Shown here piece by piece: positions 53,122 to 64,000 of a stretch of 64,000 nt of DNA. Made by a program: the position numbers and the translations under genes. The notes beneath the pieces were generated by a model that was not told the origin of the DNA, ran no database searches, and saw nothing but the letters and a program-made list of their open reading frames with translations. The stretch covers positions 22,382,001-22,446,000 of the forward strand of contig JBHGNT010000006.1 of the NCBI GenBank assembly GCA_043228905.1. Reading direction: 5' to 3'. How positions within the stretch are numbered: the stretch's first letter is position 1; each line of letters begins with the position of its first letter. Source of the DNA: Azolla caroliniana. Lineage: Eukaryota; Plantae; Polypodiophyta.

Positions 53122-53521
53122 TGTAAATGTTAACGTGTAGAAGCGTTAGACAGAACCAGCTCAGCCGGGATAGCAACAGAGAATAAGATGAAGGTTTAAT
53201 GGAGAAGCTTAATACATACAGAGTATACGTGGGAGAGACAAAGAGGCCGAACGTAAACGTAGATTCAGAATAATAGAAACACTCTGTACTCTGTACATAC
53301 AACGTGCTAAACAACACTATTTATACAAGTCCTCAAAAGGATTGACAAAAGTACTATGTACTTCAATGCTCATACGAGTGACTGTCACTAACTACGAGAC
53401 AATGATTACATAATAGTCTAGGCTACTACTAGGCTTCCGGTTCGCACTCAAATCGGGCTCTCCGATCCGACCGGTTGTTTTCGGATACCGATCCGGATCC
53501 AATTGAGCTTGCCGCTCAACA
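53122..53521 (-). mobile_element. Solo LTR (400 bp) of a D-related copia family, in the opposite orientation
   Basis: TSD CAACA (53117-53121 / 53522-53526). The minus strand begins TGTTGAGCGGCAAGCTCAA and shares ggaagcctagtagtagcctagacta and gagcattgaagtacatagtactt with the D LTRs. Confidence 0.93.
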
Positions 53522-54184
53522 CAACATTTTCTTTCAACCAACAAAATGAAAGGTTTAGGCACTACTATGGTTTCTTAGTGGTTAGATACATAGGGGTGCA
53601 TGTATTCACACTTACACTCACACTCGTACTCATATACATTACACATACATCCAACAAAACCATAATCTTTCTATTGAGATATAAAGCTCAAATAGATTTA
53701 GTTAGTTAGTCAACACATGTAACTTACTAGTTACCTAGATAGAATCTAGTTAGTGTGTTTACCATAAAGCCTTAAATAGGATTTTGTACTTGAATGGGAT
53801 ACATTGTAGATCCTCCACTCCCATGTTCATTTAATATAGGACCTACACCTTTGTACCTATATTCTACTCACACATGTGCACCTTTGCACATGAGATGTAT
53901 ATATACCTCATTGTGGGTATTTTTGTATTTGATGATACTTATTAATATAGAGGAAAGGTCTTTAGCTACACTCTTGTTAATCATCCCCCATTTACATTAT
54001 TGTTCATAAGTGTATCTTCATCACTCTCTTCCTCTCATACACATACCCACACATATCACATAACCTTCTACTGCTTAACTACTCGCATAATTAGTCACTA
54101 ATTAACCCTAGTTAATTACCTAATTATTAACACTTTCACCCTCACTCATCATACTTATAAATCTTCATACATCTCGTACGGTAA

Positions 54185-56375
54185 CAATGAGATCAGGAAG
54201 AACAGATTGACTAGAGAAGCAAAGGCAACTATAGCAGCAAACAAGATCAAGATTCAAGTGTAGAGAGAGAGAGAGAGATGAGCACAAACTATGTAACTAT
54301 ATTATTATCAAGAAGTTCCAATGGCAACAACTCTCCAACTAGGTTACAAAGTTCAGTTTAAATACACACTAAACTAGGTCAATTGCCCTTTCCAATATTT
54401 ACAAATATGGCCTAGACCTAGTTTGTCTAATGGGACAATGTAAATGCGTCTGTTATGTACCCGTATTCGACACTCCCCCGTAATGGGCGTATACAACAAA
54501 AATCTGTAATTAAAAGAACAAACAAAAAGAAACTACAAACTTATAAAAGGTTGTTGAACAAGTTGGCTTTTGTCTTAAATGGCAATGTCTGAGAACAAGG
54601 GCCGGATTGGCCAAAGCAAGAAGCTTTGAAGCCGAATCTCAGTATGTCAATGTTGATTGCCCAAAACTTTCCTTATTGTCCGACTTAATCAGACTTATTT
54701 TTTATGACGCCCATCTAGTGCCGAAGTGTTCGGAATTGGTCTGGTAGAAGACACCTTGTCATCCCATCTGAGACATTGTCGGTCATCGGTATTTTCTCAA
54801 GGCCAAGCTTCTTAGAAATGACACAGTCCCAAACAAAGTGATATCGTACATATATGTGCTTTGAGGTGTCGTGGTGAACAAGATTTTTTGACAACACGAC
54901 GACCCCTTGACTATCGTTATAGACAATTGGAGGCGACTTCGAATCGACTTGTCGAAACGTGCGCGCCAACCGTCCGAGCCACAAAGCTTCTTTTGCTACG
55001 TTGGATGCAGCTACATATTCAGCTTTAGTGGTTGAAGTGATCGTGCACCCTTGGAGTTTCGACTTCCATGAGATTGCTCCATTGCCAAATTTAAACCAGT
55101 ATCTGATTGTTGATTTCTGATTGTCGAAGCAGCAAGTGAAGTTTCATTAGGTGTATCCGACTACACCTGAAGTCTTATTTAGGCCGAGTAGGATGCGATG
55201 GATCTAAACACATACTTTACCGTGTTCCAATGCAACTAGTGGAGATTATGCATAAATCTCTTGACGACTCCTACGACATGAGCTAAGTCCGGCCATGGTG
55301 TGACCATCGAACACATCAAGGAGCGGACAACCAGTGTATAAGGTACCAGCTTCATAGTTTCCCCCTCTGGATCGGATGTCGGCCAGTCTCTCTAAGACAT
55401 CCGAAGGCTAATCGAGAGAGGGGTCTATAGACCCACTTGCACGGAAGAACACATCGATTTTTTGGTAATTCGACCAAATCCTAAGTCTTGTTTTGTCAGA
55501 TGGACTTCATTTCGGACTCCATTGGCAGATGCCACGTGCTCGGCAATGTCTATGAATAAGATTCCAGGAGAATACCTCTCTGGGGGCTACCATAGTTTTT
55601 CTAATCTTCTTGCTATGACCGGGCTAGTCGGATCAGGTATCTCAGTCAGATGGGCTAGAGCCAAAACTTTCAGTTGGAGCCGATTCAGTGCTAGAGGATT
55701 TGTTTATCCATGAAGTTGACCTCGTGTTGTGGGTTGGGATGTTATGAAGGGCCGAGACTTCCGAGAAAGTTACCCTTCATACTTGAATAAGCCTTTTTGC
55801 CATTTTGTGCATGACCGACTCGTTGAAGACAACATCCAAACTTTGTATGATCTACATGTTCTGTAGGTCCTAAAGTCGATATTTGATTTTGCTATTTGGT
55901 CCATAGCCAAGGAAAATCCTTTCCTGGACCTTGGTTTGAGCTTTCGGCGTCATCTTTCGACATGAGGGCGTATGTGTCGCATTTGAAAATCCTCAACTTG
56001 TAGTAATTCGTCTTCCTGCTGGTCCATAGTTCTAGAGGTATTTGAAGTCCTAGATGCCTATTTAGCGACATATTGATTATGTGTACTATTGTAAGTAGGG
56101 CCTCTGTCCGGAAGCCATTCGAGAGTCCATAGTGTTGGAGCATAGCGATGATTCGTTCCTGAATTGTTCGATTCATTCGTTCGGCAATTCCGTTCTGCTC
56201 TAGACTATATGGTGTCGTATATTCATGTTGAATGCCGCATTGCCAACAAAATCTGACAAATTCTTTTTATTTGAATTCGCCTCAGTTGTTGATCTAAAAG
56301 CATTTTAGCTTCCGTCCGGACTGGTTTTCCACCAAGGCGAGCAATTTTGGAAAGATCGAGAACACTCAGTCTTTA
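54185..56375 (-). mobile_element. Truncated, internally deleted older relative of copia C (3' LTR, RNase H, partial RT and integrase)
   Basis: The LTR/PPT junction gtattcgacactccccc.taatgggcgtatac matches C at 29666-29697. WLGRLARTFRQVD and MNRTIQERII match C. The RT core is deleted at ~55425. Confidence 0.88.
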
Positions 56376-57357
56376 ACACATTCGCGTTCACAAGTGGAAT
56401 GATCGCGCATTCCATTTATAGATTCCTTTTATTTCTTGCGATTTTAGACAAATTTCAAAAACTTGATACACCAGTATCACATGTTTTAAATAGCATGTAA
56501 AATTTGCTAATTTTTTGAGATTTAACAAGTTTCAAAATGATAATTTCTAAAATTGAATAGTTTTTTAGTAAATGTTTAAATGTTGATGGTTTGTAGATAT
56601 GAAATGTAGTTAACTTAAAGAAGATCACAATGGTTAACTCAAGGCACAAGTTAAGATTAATGGTTTCACCATCTTGATGAGATTAAGATTACATCTTTTG
56701 TTAGACTTGAAAATGTTTTAAGTATAAGAGGTAACATTGCAATCCTTAATATCATCATCTATAAATTTAGTGCTCATTAACATCCATAAATTTACAACTC
56801 AAGAAATGTAGACAATATTCATAAACAATTTTGATAAATCCACAACTCCAAAAATGTAGATGATATTCATAAACTGTCAAAACTGTTAAACTTTAGATGT
56901 GAACATTAATATATCAATTTGAACATATCACACAATTATCAGGGTATCTACAATGTTGTCCACTTCTTCCTTTTGAGAATTCCCCTACAAAATTTGTGAA
57001 GTAAATGGCATTTGCGAAGTTCAACTACCATCAATACAATTATTAATGGTTTTTTGCTAATCAATGAAGCACATGTTCACCATAAGGTAACTTGTTGTGC
57101 AACATACATCTTTGCAGTATCGATATGCATCTTTTTCTCTTGTAAGAACATAGCTATCAGTATAATATGAGTTCATGTTTAAAAAACCTCTTTTATTTGA
57201 AAAACAAGAAGTTTTTTAAACATGAACTCAATATGTTGTATCGAGTTCATGTAAAAAACAAAGTTTTGATCATAATTCCATAGAATGTATTGAATTCATG
57301 TTCAAGGTTTTTTTTACCGGATTAATTTTTTTTTAATAATAATAAGTTGAGCTTAAG

Positions 57358-58074
57358 TTCATATAAAAACTAGATTTTTCATCACAATTCGATACAATGT
57401 ATCGAGGTCATGTTTAATGTATATTTTTCTAACAAAATTTCAATATTTTTCTAATTTTTTTGATTAAAATTTATTTTTTTTCCAATTTGTTTTATGGAAA
57501 AATAATAATTTTAAACATAAATTCAATACATTGTATCGACTTGTGATGAAAACTTTGTTTTTTCATCATTTATTAAAGCTCAAAATAAAATTTCAAAAAA
57601 AGAAAACAAAAAACCAAAATAAATAGAAAAAAAAGCATTTAAAAAAAATTCGAGTTCATGTCAAAAAGTTAGCTTTTCAACACGAACTCAATACAATGTC
57701 GACTTTTCTACATCAACCGTGTTGAAAAACGGAGTTTTCAACACGAACTCGACTTTGTGTTGAAAAGCTAACTTGTTTAAAGCTTTTTTAGGGTTTTTTT
57801 TAAAAGAATTGGTTTATTTATTTATTTATTTTGGTTTTTTGTTGTTTTTTTAGAAAAAAAAATTGAGCTTTAATAAATGATAAAAAACCAGAGTTTTCAT
57901 CGCAAATCGATACAATGTATCGAATTCATGTTTAAAATTATTATTTTTCCATAAAACAAATTGGAAAAAATAAAAACAAATAAATAAGATTGAAAAAAAT
58001 TCAAAAAATATACTTTAAACATGAATTTGATACATTGTATCGAATTGTGATGAAAAATCTGGTTTTTGTATGAA
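57358..58074. repeat. Long AT-rich inverted repeat (foldback), arms ~330 bp
   Basis: 57358-~57690 is the diverged reverse complement of ~57757-58074. It contains recurrent palindromic tcgatacaatgtatcga motifs, also seen from ~57170. Confidence 0.85.
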
Positions 58075-59216
58075 AAAATTGAAAAAAATCAGAAAAATTG
58101 TCTCTACTTTCCACTTTCAATATTCTATATTCAATGATTGTAAGGATGAAACTTTTTCCATTCTCCAATCAAAGACCATGTATATGAAATATAGTTTCCA
58201 TCTATAAATGGAAGTAATATGTTCGACTTAGCATTGACATTAACACTTAATCAAGTTGAGATGTTATAAATGATTTACTTTTATACCAACGGGTGATTTA
58301 TCTCGGGGAGTATGTGAAAATTATGTTCACGCATCCACAAATAAGTAGAGGTATGCATCTATGTGTGTGTGTACATGTGCAAAATATTCATTGTGTGAAT
58401 ATGCGACAGTTGCGAAAACTTATCATAAGGACTAGCGTACAGTTCTAATGCTTGTACAAGATTGTCATAATAGCCACAAAAGATGTACACACAAACCTAC
58501 CATGAAAGACCCCAACAATGTATAATTCTAGCAGTGGTCTGGACTTGGTACAAGGGAAACAAACCTACATGATGTGTTCCACATCACATATTACATCTAA
58601 TTATTAAAAGGCTTCCTTTTTTCCTAACTAATGGGAAAGTAGCTTTATTTTGGAGGAAAAAAGGCTTCCTTTTAATAATTAGATGTGTTCAAAATTTTCA
58701 AAGGACATGATAGTGCTCAAACTTTTCAAAGGACTCGTGGATAAGATATATCCAAAAACTTGCATTATAAAGGAAGCTTGTACATACATAATATACCTCC
58801 CCTGTTCCTCCTCTGTTCCTCTCAGATCGCTGATTCTTCTTCTGCAGCACAAACCCACAATCACAGATATTCGCCGCATCAATGTCCAGACTTCACAGCT
58901 CCCTCCCTCCCTCGCCGTGATCTCGTCCGCCTTCCAGGTTAGTTACGGTGGAAGATCTCATGAGGTTAGGGTTATCTGTTATCATACAAATAAAACAAAC
59001 TGAAGTTTTTCTTCCAAAGTTAGGATTGCTGTCTTGTGGTTTCTCTTCTACTGTTTCGATATAAAAAAGCAGATTGAATGTACCTTGTTTTATCTTTTAA
59101 GGTTATGCGTTGTGATTTTTGTCACCATAATTGGAAAATACTGAGTGATTTTTCTTCTTCTTTCTTTTTCTCTGGTACTTCTGTACATGGTCTTTTTTCC
59201 AGAGAATTGGCTCTCA

Positions 59217-62200
59217 ATGGCGCATATTCAGAGGGCTGGTTATGATCATGCCATGCCAGATGAATTTGAATTTGCAGATTTTGATGAAGATGAAGATGAA
59301 TTCTCGGAAGATATGCGAGAAGATCAAGTTGGGTCTGATTTTGATGATGAATTTGATTCGGTGAGCATACTTTCCCTTGCCTCTTTTGGTTCAAATAATC
59401 TATTATAACTATATTCCTTGTTATATGTGATCACCGCAAGAATGTTCTTTTGCTGTCTTATTTATTTGTCTATGTAACTAAAATGATAGAATTACTTGTG
59501 TGTATATTAGTATATTCAACCCTGGAATCAGCATGTGTATATACAGTTACTAGGACATGCACATACCAATTCCATGTATAGGTATTTACAAGTATATCTT
59601 GGTAGATGTAACTGAAATACATGTGCTTAACAGGATCATGCATATTCACCTTTTATTTATCTTGGTTTATGTATTCAAGGATTATGCATAACGTTAGGAC
59701 TTACATATTAAGTTGTAATGCATAGCAGAGTAGCAGATTGATGGATACAACTGCTGCTCAGGCAAGGCGAGGAAAAGATATTCAAGGGATGCCCTGGGAA
59801 CACTTAAATTTTACTAGAGAAAAATATAGGGAGAGCAGACTTCAACATTATAAAATTTATGAGAATTTAAGTGTCCCACACGAAGAGTTAGAAAAGGTCA
59901 GAGAATTTATTTGACCTTCTTCCACTGAGCATTTCATCTTCAAAATAGTTCATGGGTTAATGATTCAACAATCAAGTATCATTTATTGATTGTGAATCTC
60001 AATGATAGGAATGCCTGCATGTGACCAATGATTGCAAGTTTTATTCATTCAGACACAATACGAGATCAGTTGAGTCCACAATTGTACATTTTCAGGTAAC
60101 CTCTTCACGAATTCTGTTATTATTCCTGATGACAACCGTTGGGTCAGTGAGTTGATAACTCTTCTTGGCTATTAGTTCTCGTGGGTTAAACTATGATGTT
60201 TAATGTTTAGAGACAATAAAATTAACTTTTGCCATTTTAAATTATATAATGGCATTTAGAGATAGTTCCTAAACAGTTTACTCGTTGTGATGAATGGAAG
60301 TGCAAATAATTGATATGTGTGGTTCGAATATCTTCTGTATCATGCCCAATTAATGGTATGTTTTCATGTTCTGCTGCTCTTTGCAAACCCTTTTAGTATT
60401 TGTAACGTGATAAAGCGTGTCGCTGTTCTTTTGCATTAATAGATGACATTTAGAGACAAGGGTGAAATTTAGAATTTGAAAGGCAAATTTGAATGTGGAA
60501 TGGAAGTTTACCAACATACAAGCTATTTGTAGGATAAACCCAGGCTCGCCGTACCAATTAATTTCCCATATGCATATTCTGGAACAATTCCAAGTACTTC
60601 TTTGGCTGCATTGCAGTAGTCAGTAGTAAGCCACATATAACTCTCGTTATTGCCATGCCCAATCTCTGAATAAGGAACGCAGTCCAGAAACATTTCTTGT
60701 TAAACAAGCCAGGAGGTTTCCATTTCTAGCTCTAATTTATAATGTTAGTAATTGAATCTGTTCTACTATATGCAAAGGCCTATATGTTGGCTTGACATCA
60801 CACAGAGACTTCATGGTGAATCTAAGATTCCCATGGTAAGTTGCTTAGTTGAGCTCATGTAAAGAGGTCATATAGGAGAGAATGTTGTTGAAGCATTACC
60901 ATAGTTTGATCAAGAGAAGATGAAGTCAATATTGCTTGATAAGAAGTGTTTTAAGCTGTCATAGATGTGCTTGTAGTTGATTGGCACTTTAGCAATTGGC
61001 AAATCCGAACAGTTATACAACACTGGAGAGCAAAGGGTCCGAAGAGAGAAGTGAAAGAAGGTGATTAACTTCATTCTTTTTTCATTGCCACTATTTACTT
61101 AGTCATTTGGCACTTAACCCTTATGAAGTTGTGATGCACAAATTACGACTCCTTTGTAGAAGTCTTAAGTCACCAGAGCTCAGCTGTAGGCTTTAGCTAA
61201 ACAATGTCATTTTGTAAATACATAGTAAAGAAGACCAGAAAGAAAGATATATTAATTCTCTTTAAGAGGCCAAAATGGCCAATAAGACCAAACACAAGAT
61301 TACATCTTATGTGTCGGCTCGTTTTTGAGAACAACAAACCAAAATAAATGTTATATTAATGTCTTTTAGGAGGCCAAAATGGTCAATAAGGCCAAACAAG
61401 TGGTTACATCTGAAGTGTTGTCTCGTCTTTCAGAACAACAAACCAAAATAAATGTTACCAAGTAAAAAGAAGTAAAACCAGATAAAAAGAGTCTAAAGAA
61501 TCTTGTTATCTGTACATGTAAAATTTTCAAGTCTGATATATTGTAATTTTTGTCTTTGAAAGATCTCTAGCATAGGTTGATCCAGAATGAAGAGGTAATG
61601 GCCTTTGTCTGTCGATGACAATTGCCATCAAAGAATCTGGGCATTGTTTAATCTAGAAATGTTTATTGACGCAATACCTGGAGTAGTTTTATTGCTCTTT
61701 TGAAGCTGAAAATGGAAAACATTATCTTCTAGAAAACTTGAGTTTTCTTGTAAGTTGTATTATCAGTTCCATGTGTAGCTATTCTTCTTGTAAGGTGCAT
61801 CTTTCTGGATGAGCCTCAACAGGGCTTAATATTGATATTTTCTAGCAATCAGATGCTTCTCTTGCTCAGGCTGTTTCTGGAATCAGCTTTTTTTTTTGTT
61901 TGAGAAATTTCCCTTGTTAATGGAACTCTTACATTTTTTTCTGGCTTATTTATACCCAGATGACATCACAATGTTAAATGCTTGCACTCAAATTATTATT
62001 ATAAATCTTGTGCTATGAGCTCTCTTAAGCATCTAATTGATTTGTTAAAGAAATTTCTCTGTTTCTTGGAATTGTAAGAATTTTCTATTGGAGTATTTAG
62101 AACTTACAAATGGCTTTGAAATACGCTGTACAGCTTAGAAATCTTGTTTGGGCTAGCTCCAAAAATGATGTTTATGTGATGCATAACTCATCTGTTCTCC

Positions 62201-63074
62201 ATTGGTCTCCCATAAACCGGAAGAGAACCGAAGTTTTAAATGCTGCAAGGCCAATTGTCCCATCTCCAGAGGTATGGTTGATTCACAATTGTGCGAAATC
62301 CATCCTTACTAGAATTTTTATTTCTTGGAAATTTTCCATTAATCAATGCGTAGTTTTATTCTGCAGGCAGAAAGAAGTGGATGGTCTTCACAACATGCTA
62401 TAAGAAACTTGCTAATTAGTAGTATGTGTGTGAAGGGTAATCTTCTAGTTGCTGGTGGATTTCATGGAGAAATGATTTGCAAAGTAAGTTAAAGCAACCA
62501 AGCATGATTATGTAGGGCTTTCTTGATCTCCTTCATTTTACTCAATAATTAATATTTCATAGTTTCTGGACCGTCCTGGAGTGTCTTTCTGCACGAAAAT
62601 TACCTATGATGAGAATGCCATCACAAATGCTGTTGAAATATATGAAAATTCCAGGTATGATACAAGTAAATATACCTGGTTATTTCCTTGTTATTGAGTT
62701 GATGACATATTGATTACAATTTCACATTTTGGAATTACAGTGGTGCCACAAGGGTGATGACATCTAACAATGATTCTATCGTTAGAGTTTTTGAGATTGA
62801 TAAGTTTGAAGTACTTCAGAAGTTTTCCTTCCCATGGCCTGTTAATGTACATGCTCCTTTGGCCTTTTTCATTGATATGGTGGTTTTATCGTGTTGTGTT
62901 CAATAAGGGTTTTCCAGGTTGTACAGTAATGTTATACTGTTGACTAATATCTCAGCTAAAATAATTGCCTTACATGCTTTTTGACAGCACACATCCATTA
63001 GCCCCGATAAACAAGTTTTTGTGGTTGTGGGCGATAGTGCAGATGGATTTCTTGCAGATTGTCAAACAGGCAAG
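59217..63074 (+). CDS. WD40-repeat protein, DUF2415 / S. pombe C2A9.03-like plant family; 5' part only, continues beyond the window
   Basis: Coding exons 59217-59360, 59726(or 59729)-59896, 60009-60095, 62134-62271, 62367-62483, 62563-62654, 62741-62846 and 62988-63074 are all GT-AG and in phase. Family motifs: DTTAAQARRGKDIQGMPW, STIVHFQLRNLVWASSKNDVY, LLVAGGFHGEMICK, SNND and FPWPVNHTSISPD..VVGD. A 5' UTR intron probably spans 58938-59202. Confidence 0.93.
61251..61622 (-). mobile_element. Two tandem 3'-end fragments of the LINE family in a WD40 intron
   Basis: attaat..tttaagaggccaaaatggcc..aagaccaaaca starts at 61251 and again at 61355. The second copy extends through agatctctagcataggttgatccagaat, the reverse complement of ~16320-16628. 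Confidence 0.78.
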
Positions 63075-64000
63075 GTAATGACATCTATGAGAGTTTTGCT
63101 AAGCAATAGTCTTATTTCATATCATATGTCCTCTTTATTAAATATACTTTATGTTTTAGTACGGAAACCGAGCTCATGGTTTTCTCCTAGAATGGATACT
63201 CTAGATAAGATTTTAGGTTGCTGGCACAATAACGCGAATACTGTATGTTGTTCGACATAGGTTCATATCCAATGACTCTGTATCATAGGACTTTATGATT
63301 TTTTGATATGCCCATCTCTAATACCAAGTCAATTTCTTTTATAGCTTATTTGATATCCCTTTTCTATGCTGTTGAAATACCATAGGGTCTGTCAGCTCAG
63401 GCTGACAAGATTGTATTTTGGTTCATGATGCTACTTGGCAATGGTGCTTTAATGCTCCGGTTTGGTGGTTTTCTAATTTGTTATAAACATTTGTTTTTCT
63501 TTTTGCAGTTCTAGTCCATGCTTTGTGTGAATATGTTACAAAATGCCTTGGTTTTCTGTTTTTGAAAAATTTAGCTCTCTGGTTTTTGTTAATGTTTGTG
63601 ACAGCGCAAACTGCTATATAAACTAGTTTATAATGGTTCAGCTCACATTGAGCAGGCTTACACATGCGAATTCTGTTAGCTAATATGTAATGATTTTTTC
63701 AATCAATCATGATTTTGGTCTATATCGATGTAAACTGCAATATGAAAGCTACATTGAACATTTTTTCCTGAAAAATTTTGATATTTCTTGTTATGCAAGA
63801 TATTAGAAACTCTAAGAAGGACATATCTAATGTTTTCTTAAATCTTGTTGGTATGCCAGGTATTACAAACTCTAAAAGGACATTTAGACTACTCTTTTGC
63901 ATCAGCATGGCATCCAAATGGGCATCTTTTCGCAACTGGAAATCAAGATATGTCATGTAGACTCTGGGATGTTCGGAACTTAAGCTCTTCTATTGCTGTT

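Noticed and set aside
56411-58213. 13-bp inverted match (ttccatttataga / tctataaatggaa) as TIRs of a DNA transposon enclosing the foldback
   Set aside because: Short and AT-rich, with no TSD identified; could be chance.

Overview
Plant nuclear genomic DNA with spliceosomal genes, TE-filled introns and nested LTR retrotransposons; a non-seed plant such as a fern is my guess and cannot be proven from this window. There are four host genes: the last coding exon of a VPS4/SKD1 AAA ATPase (+, 1099-1224), a complete 4-exon PsbS (-, 6897-8312), a complete 4-exon PA-TM-RING-H2 RMR receptor (-, 11120-22178), and the first 8 coding exons of a DUF2415-type WD40 gene (+, 59217 to beyond the window). The 36 kb between RMR and WD40 is a stack of LTR elements whose ends I resolved by TSD. 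Nest 1: miniature gypsy A (23239-35526) holds copia B (24385-35238), which holds copia C (29363-34901, essentially identical LTRs). Nest 2: copia D (37250-53051) holds Athila/Tat-like gypsy E (39940-50004). A solo LTR, a deleted C-family copy, LINE remnants, a hAT MITE and a 0.7-kb foldback are also present. The most striking observation is in gypsy E. It has no polypurine tract before its 3' LTR. In that position sits a tRNA-like sequence ending GGGCGTG-CCA, 2 nt from the LTR, which is the reverse complement of the element's own primer-binding site. This suggests tRNA or tRNA-mimic priming of plus-strand synthesis, or a self-encoded primer. All alignments and counts were made by eye.
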